64,000 nt of DNA from assembly GCA_907165135.1 (NCBI GenBank), contig OU015567.1, forward strand, positions 4,898,001 to 4,962,000. Reading direction: 5' to 3'. The DNA is from Oikopleura dioica. Its lineage: Eukaryota > Animalia > Chordata. This document shows, piece after piece, positions 62,530 through 64,000 of this stretch; within the stretch, counting starts at the first letter, position 1; every line of letters starts with the position of its first letter. The notes beneath the pieces are model-generated. The model was given only the letters and a program-made list of their open reading frames with translations, was not told the origin of the DNA and searched no databases. The position numbers and the translations under genes were made by a program.

Positions 62530-63492
62530 TTGAATAAAAAGCTTTTTGATCCCTTTTTGAAAGAGTTGACGTTTGTTTATTTTGTCGATGGCATGTATCG
62601 AGAACAGTCGACAGAAGGAAGTCTTCCTTTTTCCCACCGAGGTTTTGGGGACCATGTTGATGAGGTAGCCGCGATTTTGAAGAAGGTATACACGAGGAGT
62701 CCGATTGAAAGGACGTCGATTTCAGGGAAGAAAGGCTTTGTCAAACTCGTAAATATCTAAATTTGAACATTAAAGAATTCAGAAGTCTTTTATTACTAAA
62801 GTGAAAAGGCACATTGCAGAAGTTCATAAAAATAATCTACCGAATTTTTCCGTGAAAAGAAAATGTCTTAAAAATATTCGAGAAAATGGTTTTATGGTTT
62901 CTCATACTTACATTTAAAAACTCCTCAATCGCATAGAAAACCTTCCTCAAATGAAGATAAATCCCCACTAGGATCAAAAACCCAATCAGGACACTTGCAA
63001 ACAGCTTCACCAACTTTTCATTGACGAGCATAAAATTCCTCTCATTTATCTTGATTTCTCGATTTTCGCAAATGTCAAAAATCTTAATGAATCGCTTTTC
63101 TTTTTTCGTTTTCGTCATTTTTTCGTGTTTTTCGCGAATTTGCCTTTTAGCGGTGTTGCTGGGGCTGAACTCTGAGATGATCTAATTTAAGGTTTCAACC
63201 AGAGATCCCCGAAAGCAAATTGAGGATAATCTTGATTTGATTGCGCCCTGAGTCGAGAAAATATCTCTTTTGGAAATATTCTCCTTGGATGAAGTGATTT
63301 TTATGCCTCTGTAAATAGATTTGGCATTCTGAACACGGCACCCGTTCAAAAATTAAATACCTTCTAGTGCTGCATAAATAAATTTTTAATACTGTATTTC
63401 TCAAGCTTAAATTTCAAAAAATCTTAGAAGAAAAACCGCGTAGGCTATAAATTTCAAATTTATTTACATTATTTTACAGAAAATACGAAAAT

Positions 63493-64000
63493 TTAGATTC
63501 CACAAGCACCAAAAGCCTTCGTTGTTCCATCCGAGCAGCATTGAAGTCGATTTGCTTCATGAAAATAAACTCAAAAAATCAAGACTTTTATTACTTTTGA
63601 AAGAGTGGCGGAAAGTCCCGGTGCCACAGCATTTCACCGAATCACCAACGCTGGTATCTGAGGAGCTTTCTTCCCCGATTTGCTTTGGTGAAGATGTAGG
63701 TTTCATTTTCTGGAAGCTTTCAGATTCGCCCGTGCATTGAGCTTCCCTGTCGAATCCGCTGTCCATGTGATATTTCGCATCCCAGATATGTGCAACTTCC
63801 GCCAATTCCGTGGCAAAATCCCTGTCGGTCTCGCAAACCGCTCTCGCGCAAGTTCCTTCTCTATCTAAACATTTTAGCTCCCCACCTTTTGCCCCGACTT
63901 TCCACTTGTACGAAGCTGTTGACGCACATTCTTCATCGTCGATCGGAAGGCATTTGTATGCATCCCACAGATTTTTGCAAAGAGCATCGATTTCATCAAC
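63493..64000 (-). CDS. PLA2-fold protein lacking the catalytic His-Asp, with a di-cysteine tail (5' end outside the window)
   Basis: The open frame from the window edge reads VDEIDALCKNLWDAYKC...CARAVCETDRDFA...FDREAQC...KCCGTGTFRHSFK|TNRLQCCSDGTTKAFGACGI*, using one 40-nt GT-AG intron. Confidence 0.7.

Overview
This is eukaryotic, AT-rich, gene-dense DNA with many very short (about 35-50 nt) introns and some apparent GC-AG/GA-AG introns, which most resembles the larvacean tunicate Oikopleura dioica (inference, not a database match). Confident genes: alpha-tubulin (27233-28676), two tandem SLC13 Na+/carboxylate transporters, a secreted PLA2, a carbohydrate sulfotransferase, a large astacin-LDLa-3xC-type-lectin-mucin-EGF protease, an alpha-1,3-fucosyltransferase, a catalytically dead PLA2-fold protein and tRNA-Gly(GCC). 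The first 10 kb holds an intron-split HGKG-type (probably Sola2-like) transposase with zinc fingers and a downstream Ulp1-like protease domain. An inverted segmental duplication (about 19.8-22.9 kb vs 38.9-41.5 kb) multiplies two orphan genes. Many MITEs are present. The most striking observation is a 323-bp hAT-type MITE (20264-20586, 8-bp TSD) inserted in a coding exon. It carries a GTAATT donor and a TTTTAG acceptor at the same offsets from both ends, so splicing would restore the reading frame (+42 nt) in either orientation, as an introner-like element would. A second hAT MITE family (3684-4001) shows a weaker version of this. All exon boundaries were read by eye and none is transcript-verified.
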